NCBI GenBank assembly: GCA_011109175.1 | Contig: RDEW01000003.1 | Location: forward strand, 62,001-126,000 | Reading direction: 5' to 3' | From: Dicyema japonicum | Taxonomy: Eukaryota; Animalia; Dicyemida | Length of the DNA stretch: 64,000 nucleotides | Shown: positions 12,240-23,740 of the stretch, in pieces | Numbering within the stretch: position 1 is the first letter of the stretch | Layout of the letters: every line of letters begins with the position of its first letter | Program-made: the position numbers and the translations under genes | Notes under the pieces: generated by a model | Seen by the model: the letters and a program-made list of their open reading frames with translations, nothing else | What the model was told of the DNA's origin: nothing | Database searches by the model: none

Positions 12240-12600
12240 GATGACAGACACGGTTTCTCAGTCCCCTCTATGGTCCACCACACATTAATCGAATTTTTAT
12301 CGATTGGCTGTAGAATCGATACTCATAGATTCGATGACGTGTTGCTAAAAAATTAGTGTGGATGAGAACTATATGAGAGATTTACATTCTGTCGATTTTC
12401 ATCGCTGCGAATGCTACTGAAAGCATTGAGGAGGTACAACTTAACTATTATTGTATTCTCAATATCTGGTGGACTGGCAATGAAATTTCGGATTGAATTA
12501 ATTACCACTTCACATCTGCGAGAAATCCCTACCACGAGTTGTGTTCAGTTTGGGGCTTAGAATTTCGCATGCTATTTGACAATCTTCAATGTCAGGTGTC
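12240..12600 (-). mobile_element. Degenerate RT fragment, CRE-like non-LTR element
   Basis: VGISRRCEVVINSIRNFI...IIVKLYLLNAFSSIRSD resembles the CRE-type RT motif GVG...GCEA.VH..R...KLD..NAFNS..RD. Confidence 0.5.
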
Positions 12601-12744
12601 TGAGTAATAGGTCTTAACTCACCACAAGACTTACGAAGGTAGTTAAATAACTGTTCTTTACTCACACTTAGTCGGAGATATAAATATTGTGGCTCACGTG
12701 AAAGGACTATTTAAATAAGTAAAATTGTTCTAAAGACCAAGGCT

Positions 12745-12860
12745 AAAACCAAACAAACTAGTTCCTTGATCCTTTCAAGCAGAACCTTCACCCAAGAACA
12801 GTGATCCAAGAATGTTGTCCGTCAAGCTTAGGTCGATTCCAGAGGGAAAGAAATTGTCCC
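12745..12860 (+). repeat. Unclassified dispersed repeat; inverted copy at 50330-50455
   Basis: Shared AACTA(G/A)TTCCTTGATCC...AGAACCTTCACCCAAGAA(C/A)AGTGAT...AGGTCGA(T/C)TCCA. Confidence 0.7.
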
Positions 12861-13339
12861 CAGATGAAAGGAATAGTTGGATCCTTTTAAATGCCGGCCA
12901 GGAATTGGGCGTCTCCTGAGTAAGGTGGATCCAATGACGCCATCAAAGAAGGAAGAGAAATTTTCAACCAATTAACTACTGCTGAAGATTTTAAAAAAAG
13001 AAGTACCATGGCATCGTAGACAAGTTCTTTTTCCAGCCGATCTCCATTGATATGTCTGACATTCTTGGCCCGAGCATGTCTGAGTTTATCAGATTAATCG
13101 GACGTATTCAGGGAAGCGGAATGGCATAATGGATACCTGTCATAACTACTTTAAATTATGCGTAATAAATTGTTTTTTGATTGAAATTGAATTTTATTTT
13201 CAAAGACCACAGTTAAAGACAAAACAAGAAATTATGTGATCCAGGCGAATTTCAATTAGGGCTTTCAGCTTGGCCCGGTTATCTTTAAAAAATTAACCAC
13301 ATCACATGGCCCCATGTGGCTGTTAATTTAATTTATTAA

Positions 13340-13610
13340 CCCCGGATACACCGAGAAAGAAGTTAAAGTAAACAACTAATTAAATGTATCCAGTTTCCAC
13401 TTCTACAGATAGAGTCCATCCGAAATCAGCATAAAGGGTAAGACGTCCATGGTTGCAGTTGTGGAAACCCCTCCAGTGTAGTGGGGGAGAGGCATGATCC
13501 TAGACAGGTAAATCACATGACGCTACTCTAATAGGAAGAGAGGAGGAACAGACGAACAAAACAGAAACTTCAATCAATTAGCCACGAAGCACCACATGGC
13601 GCCACGCGGC
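13340..13610 (-). mobile_element. Family A non-autonomous element (palindromic head, LINE 5' structure, LINE 3' end)
   Basis: Colinear with copies at 18765-19062(-), 28829-29126(+), 58225-58484(-), 58914-59130(-), and 5' parts at 21594-21735(+) and 50185-50262(+). Confidence 0.8.
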
Positions 13611-14834
13611 TATTAATAATAATAATTGGCTGTTAAAAAATTAATGTGGCTGTTAAAAAATTAATTAAATAATTCACGCCTTTGAATAAAATTATTTTTT
13701 ATTTGAAATAACAACGATTTTAAACCAAGACTTTTAGCATAATTGTTAGCGCTTTCGCATTTTTATGCTTTATGCCTTCTTCAGTTCTAAGACTTTTTTA
13801 TGCTTTATGCCTTCTTCAGTTCTTAAGAGTTTTTATTTGATCCATCAATGAGACGCCGAATTCTGGAAGTATTTTTATCTTTACTACTCCACGGTGGAGG
13901 GTTAAAAATGGCCCTGAATAACTTATTGGAGGTGACACTAAATAATAAATACAATCATTTCGCGATCACCGTCAAAGTTCTTCAAACTAAAAAAATTTCT
14001 TAAAGACAAAATTTATTCCTTCCACCTCCTAACGAAAAAACTTAAATCCTTGGAAACACATACTAATTCTCAAGAATTCTCTTTTTGTAGCACAACTTTT
14101 TCCTTTCAAAATTCCTATTGTTTCCTCTAAGTCGGACGCCTCAAATCACCCGAAGATTCTTTAGGAAAAATGACATAAGAAATTATTAATGAAGAGGATT
14201 AAAAAATCTCGAGAAACTAGCTATCAGGTTAGGTCTGAGGTTGGTCATCCCCCGCTATTTGTCTTTCCTAGAGAAATCTTGTTTTAACTTACGCTTATGT
14301 TCCAGCTTGGATCCGGAGTTTGTACTCGATACCGCCATCCAACAAATGGATTTGATACTACAAAAAACTTCATTGCTTAAAGGAGTTTGGATAAAAACTG
14401 TTCTGAAATTAGACAAGGATTTCTCAGCAATCACAGCCTGGCATGCGAAAAACTCTCTGTTGTGGTTAAGCGCATTTCACGTTCGCTCCTTCAAAACAAA
14501 TGGCCAATGAAAGTTGAAAATCCAATGTACATAGGATCGAACCAATTAATGCACGACAGTACCTACTCGAAGGCAAATCCGCCAAACCTCAATACAAAGA
14601 GGATTAGGGTTTCTGGTAAGATTTGAGAAGAAATACTAATGGCTGACTGACAGATTCTTTTTTACCGATCTCTGAGACGTCTGGATTATGAAGTTTCGTA
14701 AAGACAATCGGTCGGTTTACAAGAATTCGGAAGAGTGAACCCAAGAAGACGCAATGCCTCTTCCAAAACATTGGTTTTACAGTCATTAAGGAAGATTTTG
14801 AACTTATTATTAAAAAAGGACTCCCAAGAAAACA

Positions 14835-15285
14835 TAAAATTAGTTAAGTTTCCCTTGTGCCGTATTCCTAATCATCCTCTCCGTCAGCCTCGACCATAAT
14901 CCTTTGTTGCGCGCTAGTTCTCTTGGGTAGTCTAGGTCGTCCGCTATTTCCATTATAATATTAGATGCTGCCCACACTCTTGTAACATAGTGAATCAGGT
15001 CCTGATGGACTGCAAATCCAAGACCATAATGTCGGCAGGCCGATGAGAGGGTAAAAAAGTGGAATTTTCTAAACAGTTGTGTAAATTGTACGGTCGTTTT
15101 TGTCTCTTGTAAACAGCATAAAGAGAAGTCGTATTTTGTTAGATCGCATACTAATTGGTGTTTCTTGTAAGGTTGTTTAAATCTTCTGCAATTAAAAGAT
15201 TCCATAGTAAACGGAGAAGTCGGTAAGGAACACGAATAAGACATTGTTCAATAGAGGCGTCGTCTCCACCTCCAAGATTTTGAAC
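14835..15285 (-). mobile_element. Internally deleted RTE-like LINE derivative (APE N-terminus fused in frame to RT C-terminus)
   Basis: 134-aa ORF: SFNCRRF..CCLQETK..HYGLGFAV (APE) joined to LARNKGLWSRL (RTE C-terminal motif). 5' UTR hairpin GAGGTG..CGCCTC shared with ~45510 and ~38770. Confidence 0.65.
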
Positions 15286-16312
15286 TGAACTATATATTAA
15301 ATTAATTTATTAACTTTTGACACGTGTTGGTTGAGTGTGTGGCCGTTTTAATTTGCGTCAAGAGAAAAACACCTTTTTCTACAACGTCTTCGTCCTTATC
15401 GTACTCACAATCTGTCTACTCAACTCCGATTCCACGGCAACTTTCAGTGTCAGAGGAATTGTTTCGGACATTAATCAGACACCTTATACACGGATTTGAA
15501 AAAAACAAAATTAAAGTGGTACTTTGCAGGGAGTGAAGATGAAAGTGTACCGGGATATACACCACAGCAATTATCAGTTAATATTACTACCATCCGATTG
15601 CAGTCACTATAGAAAGGGTTTTGCAATGCAATAATCATTTATGAATTGGCTTTTCAAAATTGAAGAGTTACCTAATTGTCGCCATTTAGTCGGATATTGA
15701 ATCGTGTAAGAAATCGATTATGCATATTTTTAATGAAATTCAGAACGAACAAGGAAGAAAGTTAGATGGCAAAAAGTGGTAGAAAGAATAGTAAGGCACA
15801 CGGAACCATAAGTATTCGTGTGCTTATTAAAAAAGCGAAGAAGCTATTAACTAACTAACGTTGGACAAACAGTAAAACCCTATGTATTCATATGCTTATG
15901 AGAAATATAAAAGTGCTATCACCAACCTTGGAAACAGAAAAAATTTCAACGAAACAATGAAATTTCAAATTTTCTAAAAAGTCACTTGATGATAATTAAA
16001 ATAATTAATACTAACTTGCTTCAAACATGTTTAGCGGTTTAATTGACCAAATCCATCACAATCTTGGTAAGCCCGGCACAAACAGTCACAAATAATTAAT
16101 CCAACAAAGGCTTGTGGAACATCTTCTTGTGGTCAATATTTAAAAGGCTTATGAGTTCATATATAAAGTTAAAAAACGGTGAATTCTATTTTATTATTAT
16201 AAATTAAATTTTTTTTAAATATAAAAATGGACTATTAACCATTTATAAATGGAAAACCTATTTTTTATTAAATATTTAAGAAACGTGTCGGCGTGATTTT
16301 AATTATCGCGTT

Positions 16313-18186
16313 ATGTTTCGTCATTTTGTCAATTTAAATAAAAAAGTCAGCACAATCTCTGCAACCAGATATCTCTCAAAAGAAATTAGGTTTGGGGAGG
16401 ATGCTAGAAATTCCATCATGAAGGGAATTGACATTTTGGCAAATGCAGTTGCAGTTACAATGGGTCCTAAGGTTTTCCGTTTAAAATATTGCGTAGGGTC
16501 GAAATGTGATTATTGAACAAAGTTGGGGTGCTCCCAAAATAACTAAAGATGGAGTCACTGTCGCAAAATCTATCGACTTGAAAGATAAATATGAATCGAT
16601 TGGAGCTAAGTTGGTCCAAAATGTTGCGGAGAAAGCGAATCTGGAAGCCGGTGACGGGACAACTGCTGCGACAGTCCTAGCACGTGGTATTGCTAGGATG
16701 GGCCTCAAATATATTGACAGTGGTTCCAATCCAATTGAGATAAGAAAAGGTGATTGTCGACTTATTGTAGGTGTTATGCTGGCAGTGAATGCTGTTGTAG
16801 AGGAAATTCAGAAAAAGTCAACAATATTGAAGACAGAGCAGGAAATAATCCAAGTAGCCACAATCTCAGCCAATGGGGACGCTAAAATCGGAAGTCTAAT
16901 AAACGAAGCCATGAATAAAGTGGGAAAGAATGGAGTGATAACTGTTAAAGACGGGAAGACTTTGAATGATGAGCTTGAACATATTGAGGGGATGAAATTT
17001 GATAGAGGGTATGTCTCACCATATTTTATGAATTCATCTAAGGGTTAGTGATCGTATTATTTGTAGGTTCCAAATGTGAGTTTCAGGATTGTATGGTTTT
17101 GCTGTCCGAAAAGAAGATTTCAAATGCTCAGCAAATTATCCCAGCCTTGGAGTTGTGCAATTCACAGAGAAAGCCTCTTTTGATTATTGCTGAGGATATT
17201 GATGGAGAAGCTTTGACTGCTCTTGTCTTGAATCGGTTATTGTTTGATTGATTGCAAGGTTGAAGGTGGGATTACAGGTATGTGCTGTGAAGTCTCCTGG
17301 TTTCGGTGATAATCGGAAGAATATGATGTTGGACATTGCTGTGTCTACCGGTGGAACTCTTCTCGGGGACGACAATGACTTTAATAAAGTGGAAGATGTA
17401 AAATTCGAACAGTTGGGAAGAGTTGGAGAGGTTGTTGTCACTAAGGATGATTGTCTCCTTTTGAGGGTTATTGTTTAATGTTAGTTGCAGGGAAAGGGGA
17501 ATGCCGATGATATTGAGAGGAGAGTTAATGGCATTAAGGATGAAATTGAAGACTCAAATTCAGAATATGAGCAAGAGAAGTTAAAAGAGAGATTGGCGAA
17601 GTTAACTATGGGAGTATCCATCATTAAAGTTGGTGGAAGCAACGAACTTGAAGTTGGAGAGAAAAAGGATCGTTTATAATGATGCACTTAATGCCACAAA
17701 GGCAGCTGTGGAGGAAGGAGTTCTCCCTGGTGGTGGAGTGTCTCTTATAAGAGTTTCCTCAGTATTGAATACATTAAAACCGGATAATCAAGATCAGGCA
17801 TATGGTATATTGTCGTGTGCATTTTAAGGAATTGAAATTATAAGAAATTCATTGGATATCCCTGCTCTTACGATAGCGTCAAATGCTGGTGTGAAAGCTA
17901 AGGAAATCGTAAAAAAATTGAAGGAGAACAATGAGTGGACATACGGATATGATGCCCAGCGTGATGTCTTCACCAATATGTTTGACGCTGGAATTCTTGA
18001 TCCTACAAAGGTATTATGGGTAGTTTACGTTAGGTTGTAAGGACAAGTTTGCTTGATGCTGCTGGTTTAGCTTCAATGCTTTCAACTGCAGAGGCTGTTG
18101 TTGTTGATTTGCCGAAAGACGATAAAGAGGATGCTTCTGGTGGAATGGGAGGATCAATGGGAATGCCAGGCATGGGTGGATATTAA
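16313..18186 (+). CDS. HSPD1: Mitochondrial chaperonin HSP60 (Cpn60), spliced
   Basis: [62 protein letters not shown]-type tail, N-terminal targeting peptide. Introns 16472-16496, 16750-16770, 17044-17066, 17236-17258, 17467-17490, 17805-17828, 18011-18033. One +1 indel at ~17674. Confidence 0.97.
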
Positions 18187-18764
18187 TCGTATTTTTCGGT
18201 CCTTACTATCTTTCCTGTTGCTTTAATAAATTTTTAACCTTTTATTTGGATATTTTCTATATAATACAGATTAGCCTATGTTCTCGTGATTTTTACACAT
18301 TTTTGAAACAATTTATGCTTAATCAATCGTCCCTTTTCTCGACTGTCTCTCCTTTTTTGTTATCAAATATTCTACGTCAAATAGGAGGAAAGATTTTATT
18401 CTGATCTGAGAGGTCTTGGCTGCTATCGCCTTGAAGACGAATTGCTCTTATGAGGTCGTTATTTTATTTTTTAATGTTCTCTGCTCTTAGTTTAATGATG
18501 AGGTTTAATAATGGAAGTTCACACAAATGGTGGGCAATGTTTTTTTTCATTTGTTAACGGGAAAATAATCGTTTTCCTAATATCTCTAAGTATAAAGTTG
18601 TTATATATTTTTAATTGATATGGTGAGACTTAGTAAACCTTAGTTAAGAACAAAACAAGTGTCGGATACATGTAGAATTCGAGTCCGAATCTCGTCCAGA
18701 CCAAATATGAAGAACCTCATGATAACAATAACCCTTATTGATTCATGAAACTGAGTTATTATTA

Positions 18765-19062
18765 CCCCAGGATACACCAAGAAAAAATTTAACAGTAAAC
18801 AACTATTAAGTGTCTCCCGTTTGCTTCAACGTCACTCAAGTCCATTCCGAACCAGCATAAAAGGTAAAAGACGTCCATTCTTGCATTTTTGAAACCCCAT
18901 TATTGGAGTGGGAAAAAGAAAATGATCCCTTTTTGTACCACCCTGGCACTGGGTGCTGAGGAAGGTGGATCACATGACGCCACTTTAATAGGATAGGGAA
19001 TAGGAGGAACAAACAGAAATCTTATCCAATTAACCACATAGCACGACATGGCGCCATGCGGG
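18765..19062 (-). mobile_element. Family A non-autonomous element
   Basis: Homologous to 13340-13610; contains the pseudoknot motif at 18922-18981. Confidence 0.8.
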
Positions 19063-19189
19063 CGAATTTTTCGAAGCTGAGTTCGAACTAGGCCACGTTT
19101 ACATGAAAAATTCCAAAAACACGCTAACACCAAACTAATTAATCACGTGGTCCCAGCATGCTCTAACAGAGACCTCAATTTGACCCGAC

Positions 19190-19430
19190 GCTCTTCCCTC
19201 GATTCCACACAAGCCAGTATCGACTGTATAACTGGATCCTCGTAGTCCAAAACTACACGTTCCTCGGTTCTTAAGTATTAAGGATATCAGAGGCGTTGGA
19301 GACTGGAACTTTCCAGAAGTTCATCGTTCCGTAATTTTACTAGGTGGAACCGCTCAGTTAGTTTGATTGTTCTAACGCCTCACGGGTACAACTATAGCTA
19401 TTATGGTTTACGTGTGTTATTTTAATGATA
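19190..19430 (+). repeat. Dispersed repeat (family C), inverted partial copy at 29855-30005; tail resembles the RTE-like 3' end
   Basis: Shared ACGTTCCTCGGTTCTTA and GGAACTTTCCAGAAGTT(C/T)ATCGTTCCGTAATT. Confidence 0.7.
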
Positions 19431-19784
19431 ATATCGATTCATCTGAACCTGGACCATTTAGCCACGTGGTTAATTGATACCTCTAGTGCACGCAATATCT
19501 ACTTTATTGTCTTCCTTCTTGTGAACAAGCATGAGGTGACAGACTCAGGAGAGATATTGAAACCCAAATTTCTGAAACAAAGGATGTATTAGATCGCAGT
19601 CCAAAATTGCAAGAATTCGGAGGATCATCTGTCCGAAGCTGCACGTGTCAAAGGTAAAGACAATTCTATGTATTTGGGGGATAATGATGTAAAGCTGCAT
19701 ATTGATTTGTTGACGCTACAAATCAATTGAAGATATAATTAATCACACCGTCACATATCATACAAAATCTGCATAGGACTTTTA

Positions 19785-21081
19785 ATGGCTAAAAATACAG
19801 TCGATGCTGAATTAGACGAAGATGAGAATAGAGTTTCCTTGTAATTAACCTTTAGGATTTGTCTAACCAACTGTACGATATTTCCAAATTTATTAGCTCT
19901 GAACCAAAATCCAGAACATCCAAAAAAAACCTATCTCCAAATTTTGAAAGAATGTGAGGTATTACTGCACTAACCTTGTAGAATAAACCCGTCGAGTTCG
20001 CCTTAAGGACACAGGTAAGCTACGATTCAAATTTGGACGAAGGAGTGCCCGTTCGGGATAAAACCATTTCATTCGGTCCTATGGAGTTTATTCACATAAA
20101 AGAGGTATCCACAGTAAATATATTAGAAAATAAACGAAGAATGGTGGATCGGACGTGTAGTAAAGGAAGGAGCAGAGTTGGGTTTCATTCCAAGTCCACA
20201 GCGCATTGAAAAAATTAGATTTCAACAGAATTTGACAACCAAAACGAAAATATCAAAGTTTATTCGAGATAGTAGCTTAGAAATAAGGAAGGCGAAAAAA
20301 TTGTAAAGAAAATAATTACAAAGTCTAATTTTAAGGAGAACGAATATAAATCAAACATTAGCAAACTCACTACTGTTAAAAACTTGCGAAGAATATTCGT
20401 TCGCAAAGTAAAAAATAAACTTTAAAATGAAAAGTTGGAAAATAACCCCCCATATGACGTAGTCCCCGCAATGAGGCCTATTTTTATAATCGGACCCTCT
20501 CTCAGATGTTACCCAGTAACCGAACTCTTGCAAAAAGCCTTAGTTGATTTTATTCAACACAGATTTCAAGGAAGGTTTGTTGACTTTATTACAAGAATTG
20601 TGACCAAAAGGATAAGTGTTGATCTTTCATTTTCAAAACCGTCAGCTCAACGAAAGGGGGATGCTTCCAAAATGAACACGTGTATTTTATAGACTCAATA
20701 GTTTAGTGAATCAGGTACAAAAAGAAGTGGAAGGGATATTCGAAGCCGCAAAGCTACTTCAACTTGTCCTGGTGGATTGCCCCCATATTAACCATCCAGC
20801 TCAGCTAACTAAGACTTCGCTTGCTCCAATACAAGTTCACATAAAAATAGAATCCCAAAAAGTTCTTCAAAAATTGATTAAATCGAGGGGAAAGTCAGAA
20901 AAAAATATTGGGGTACAACTAGTTGCCTCCGAAAAACTTAATGCTTGTGGACAAGTAAAATATTGGAATTTCATGTTAGATGTTTGAAGTAATTTTGTGG
21001 GAGAATTCTTTGGAAGATGCTGGTAACCACGTGTGCAGTTATTTGGAAGCATATTGGAGATCAACTCATCCTGACTTATAG
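19785..21081 (+). CDS. CACNB: Voltage-gated calcium channel beta subunit (SH3-HOOK-GK core), spliced
   Basis: [91 protein letters not shown]. Eight 21-27 nt introns. Start codon tentative. Confidence 0.93.
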
Positions 21082-21593
21082 ATTTTTGTTATTTATAATT
21101 TAAAAATATTTAAAATTAACGTTTATTTTTTAATTCTGCTAAAATCAGTATATTTTTGAGGTAAAAATATTCTCCGTTGCTGGAGATTCCCGCTATCGGA
21201 GAGACTATGCTCCAGAGTCAACTCAATTTACCAAACAATAATTCGTATCTTAGGCCTTCATACTGGATCATCAGTCACTCCCCTACTCACAAAAGCTACG
21301 ACCCGTAGTCATGGATCCGGGTTTATCCGCGTCTGAGGAAGATAGGAACCCGCTTTGCCTCTCCATATTCTAGGCAAAAAAAAACCGATGGTACAAAAAG
21401 TTCCCTCCTCCAATTGGTTGCCTCTGTAGGAATGAGATAAGGCTCTTTCGTACGGCAGTGGGGACAATGGAAGACCACAGACGTTGGATGGTGTAGTTGA
21501 TTGCGGGAACTGGGATCACTTAGCTGCTTGACGTTTTTTCCGTCTTTCTATCCAGGTAATTCCGGGGTTATAAATAAATATTTCTACTATATG

Positions 21594-21735
21594 GCCACTT
21601 GGTGCCATGTGGTGGACTTGTTTGAGGATTTATCTTCCTTACCTAAGTGGCGACATCGGATCCAACTAATTCTGGTGACGCCCAATGTCTGGCCAGCATC
21701 AAAAGGATTCATCCTTTTATTCCACTGGGAGACTA
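21594..21735 (+). mobile_element. Family A element 5' part with well-preserved pseudoknot motif (21649-21710), preceded by a LINE 3' end (21460-21580)
   Basis: Head GCCACTTGGTGCCATGTGGT; P1 GGCGAC/GACGCC, P2 GGATCC/GGATTC, P4 ATG(T)CTG/CAGCAT, then C-AAAA. Confidence 0.7.
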
Positions 21736-23439
21736 TTTCGCTCCTTACTTTTTTTATACCCAGTCAAAATATTGCGTTAACCTTTTTTTAGATAGTTTCA
21801 TGATTTTTCAACATTTCTGAGATAATACATCACCGGCAAAAGGAATATCGCACGCTTTTTTTTTGCTCAGGTTTCCTATGCACTTATTGCTTTTCTCACT
21901 AAGGTACCAGGAGTGCATACCATAAGCTTGTCGCACTATGATGGTGAACACTTCGCCTCAAACACGTCTACTGAAATATGTGAATAAGACTCAAACGCTG
22001 TACAGCCCGCTTTTTAATGAAAACGAAGATCATTCATTGTTTTTTACTGAATTTTTAAATTTGACCTGGACAAGAGAAGATACCAGTATTCTGGTGTCAA
22101 GAAGGCATATTGGATAAAGTGGAGATGACTACTTCCTTGTTTTCTATCCAAACTTGTTAAATATATCTTTTGAATTTTGATCTTCAATGTTTATTTTTTT
22201 GAGTGCAGAAAATGATTCTATTCGTGTTTCCCCAAAATGTTTTTATTTAGTAGTCCACTTTGCATGTTGGAAACAGTTTATTAGAGTCATTGATTTTTTT
22301 ATGAATGATATCAAGTTAATCGGACAGCTTGCGAGGAAACGGAAGGGTGAACCTAGAATGATGCGATGGTTTTTCCAGCACATTGGGTTTATGAGAAAGA
22401 GGTAACTCTCATTGCGTGCTCGATACCTGGAGGCCATAATGGAGACCTGTCATAACAACTTTACTTTAAATTTATGAATGATTTAAATTTTAGAAATTAA
22501 TCAATATGCATTAATTACGACATAATTTTGATTGATTTTTTTTATTAATTTTTGAAAAAGGTTATGAAAAAAGCAAAAAACTGGAGTTCCAGAAAATTTC
22601 ATGATTTCTTATGTGTGTTTTTGATTTCTTATGTGTGTCCCAGTAACTAAGGATTCGAAGGAATTTTAGGTGTGTTCGTTCCGCATACGAAGTCGTTGCT
22701 GATAATTGACTTGATATATTAGCGTATAAGCGACCTAACGTCGAACTGAAAGAGTTTGTCCAAGGAAGGCCTTCACAAAATTGAATTTTCTTTTTGCAAG
22801 AAGATTTCAAGTTGTCCACATGTTATCTGAAAGTCATTAGAGAGACGAAGGTGACTCCCAATATCTCTACACTGTTTGAGTTCAAAATTATTTCCCATTG
22901 ATAGCCACGGAAAGTGCTGAATTCGTCAATCTCCTGTCTGAGGTGAATAACAGAGTAATTAATTCTCTTGGGTATTCCGTCTCTGGACTGCGGAGTTAAA
23001 CGGTTAACAAACTTTATTACCAAAAGGAAAATGAAGATGGTATTTTTGAGGCTTCTTGTAACACAAGTTTTGTCACAACCTGGACTCTCCTCTTCCGATC
23101 TCGGATCCCTCTTATAATTCAGCGATGTAAGATCCTCCTCCCAATTTTCTCAAATAAAGTCCCGAGATATTTCAGGGATTCGGCAGTATTGATTCCAAAT
23201 ATGGAGCTTTGCTGACGGCATTTTTTGTTTCGCTCGAAAAAAACTTCATTGCATTAGATTATTCTGATAACTTTAATCCTTGAAGATCGCACCAGTGAGG
23301 TAGGACTCAGATATCCTTCAGATAACTCCTAACTCTATAGTTAATAAATTGTTGTTGCTATGAGTAGTCTTTGTCCTCGCTCGTTGATAATCGTTACTTT
23401 AACATATTTGTCTTATGTACTTCAAGCTACTTGCTCATG

Positions 23440-23740
23440 GTTGAGATCTTACCAAACTCCTTCATTCTACGAGTCCATATCCGAATCCCAAACTATATGG
23501 GATGGGCTCGGTTTCACGTTCCTGAGGATAAATGGTATCAAAAATCGTGTGATGAACCTTACATGATCATCGGCGAAAATTAACCGCAGGGAGATTCATC
23601 CGCTTTACTGTAGAAGAAGCGTCGGGAGATTCCTAAAAATTGTCCTCAATGAGATCATAAAAGATAGTCTTGAATCATCTGGGTTTCAGTCTTTGATCGA
23701 TCCCCTTGGGTTTGATTGCAAGGGTGGGAAGAAGTCTTGA
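23440..23740 (+). mobile_element. CRE-like non-LTR fragment (zinc-knuckle/RLE region)
   Basis: CRRSVGRF...LNEIIKDSLESSGFQSLIDPLGFD, homologous to 28605-28822 and 47530-48240. Confidence 0.6.

Noticed and set aside
13755-13835. Short tandem duplications (also 13625-13665, 22600-22640, 52765-52800)
   Set aside because: Simple local slippage duplications with no further structure.
16481-17687. Antisense and overlapping ORFs from the six-frame track (over HSP60, CDC40, BRWD, RTE)
   Set aside because: Shadows of the real coding strand with no independent motifs.
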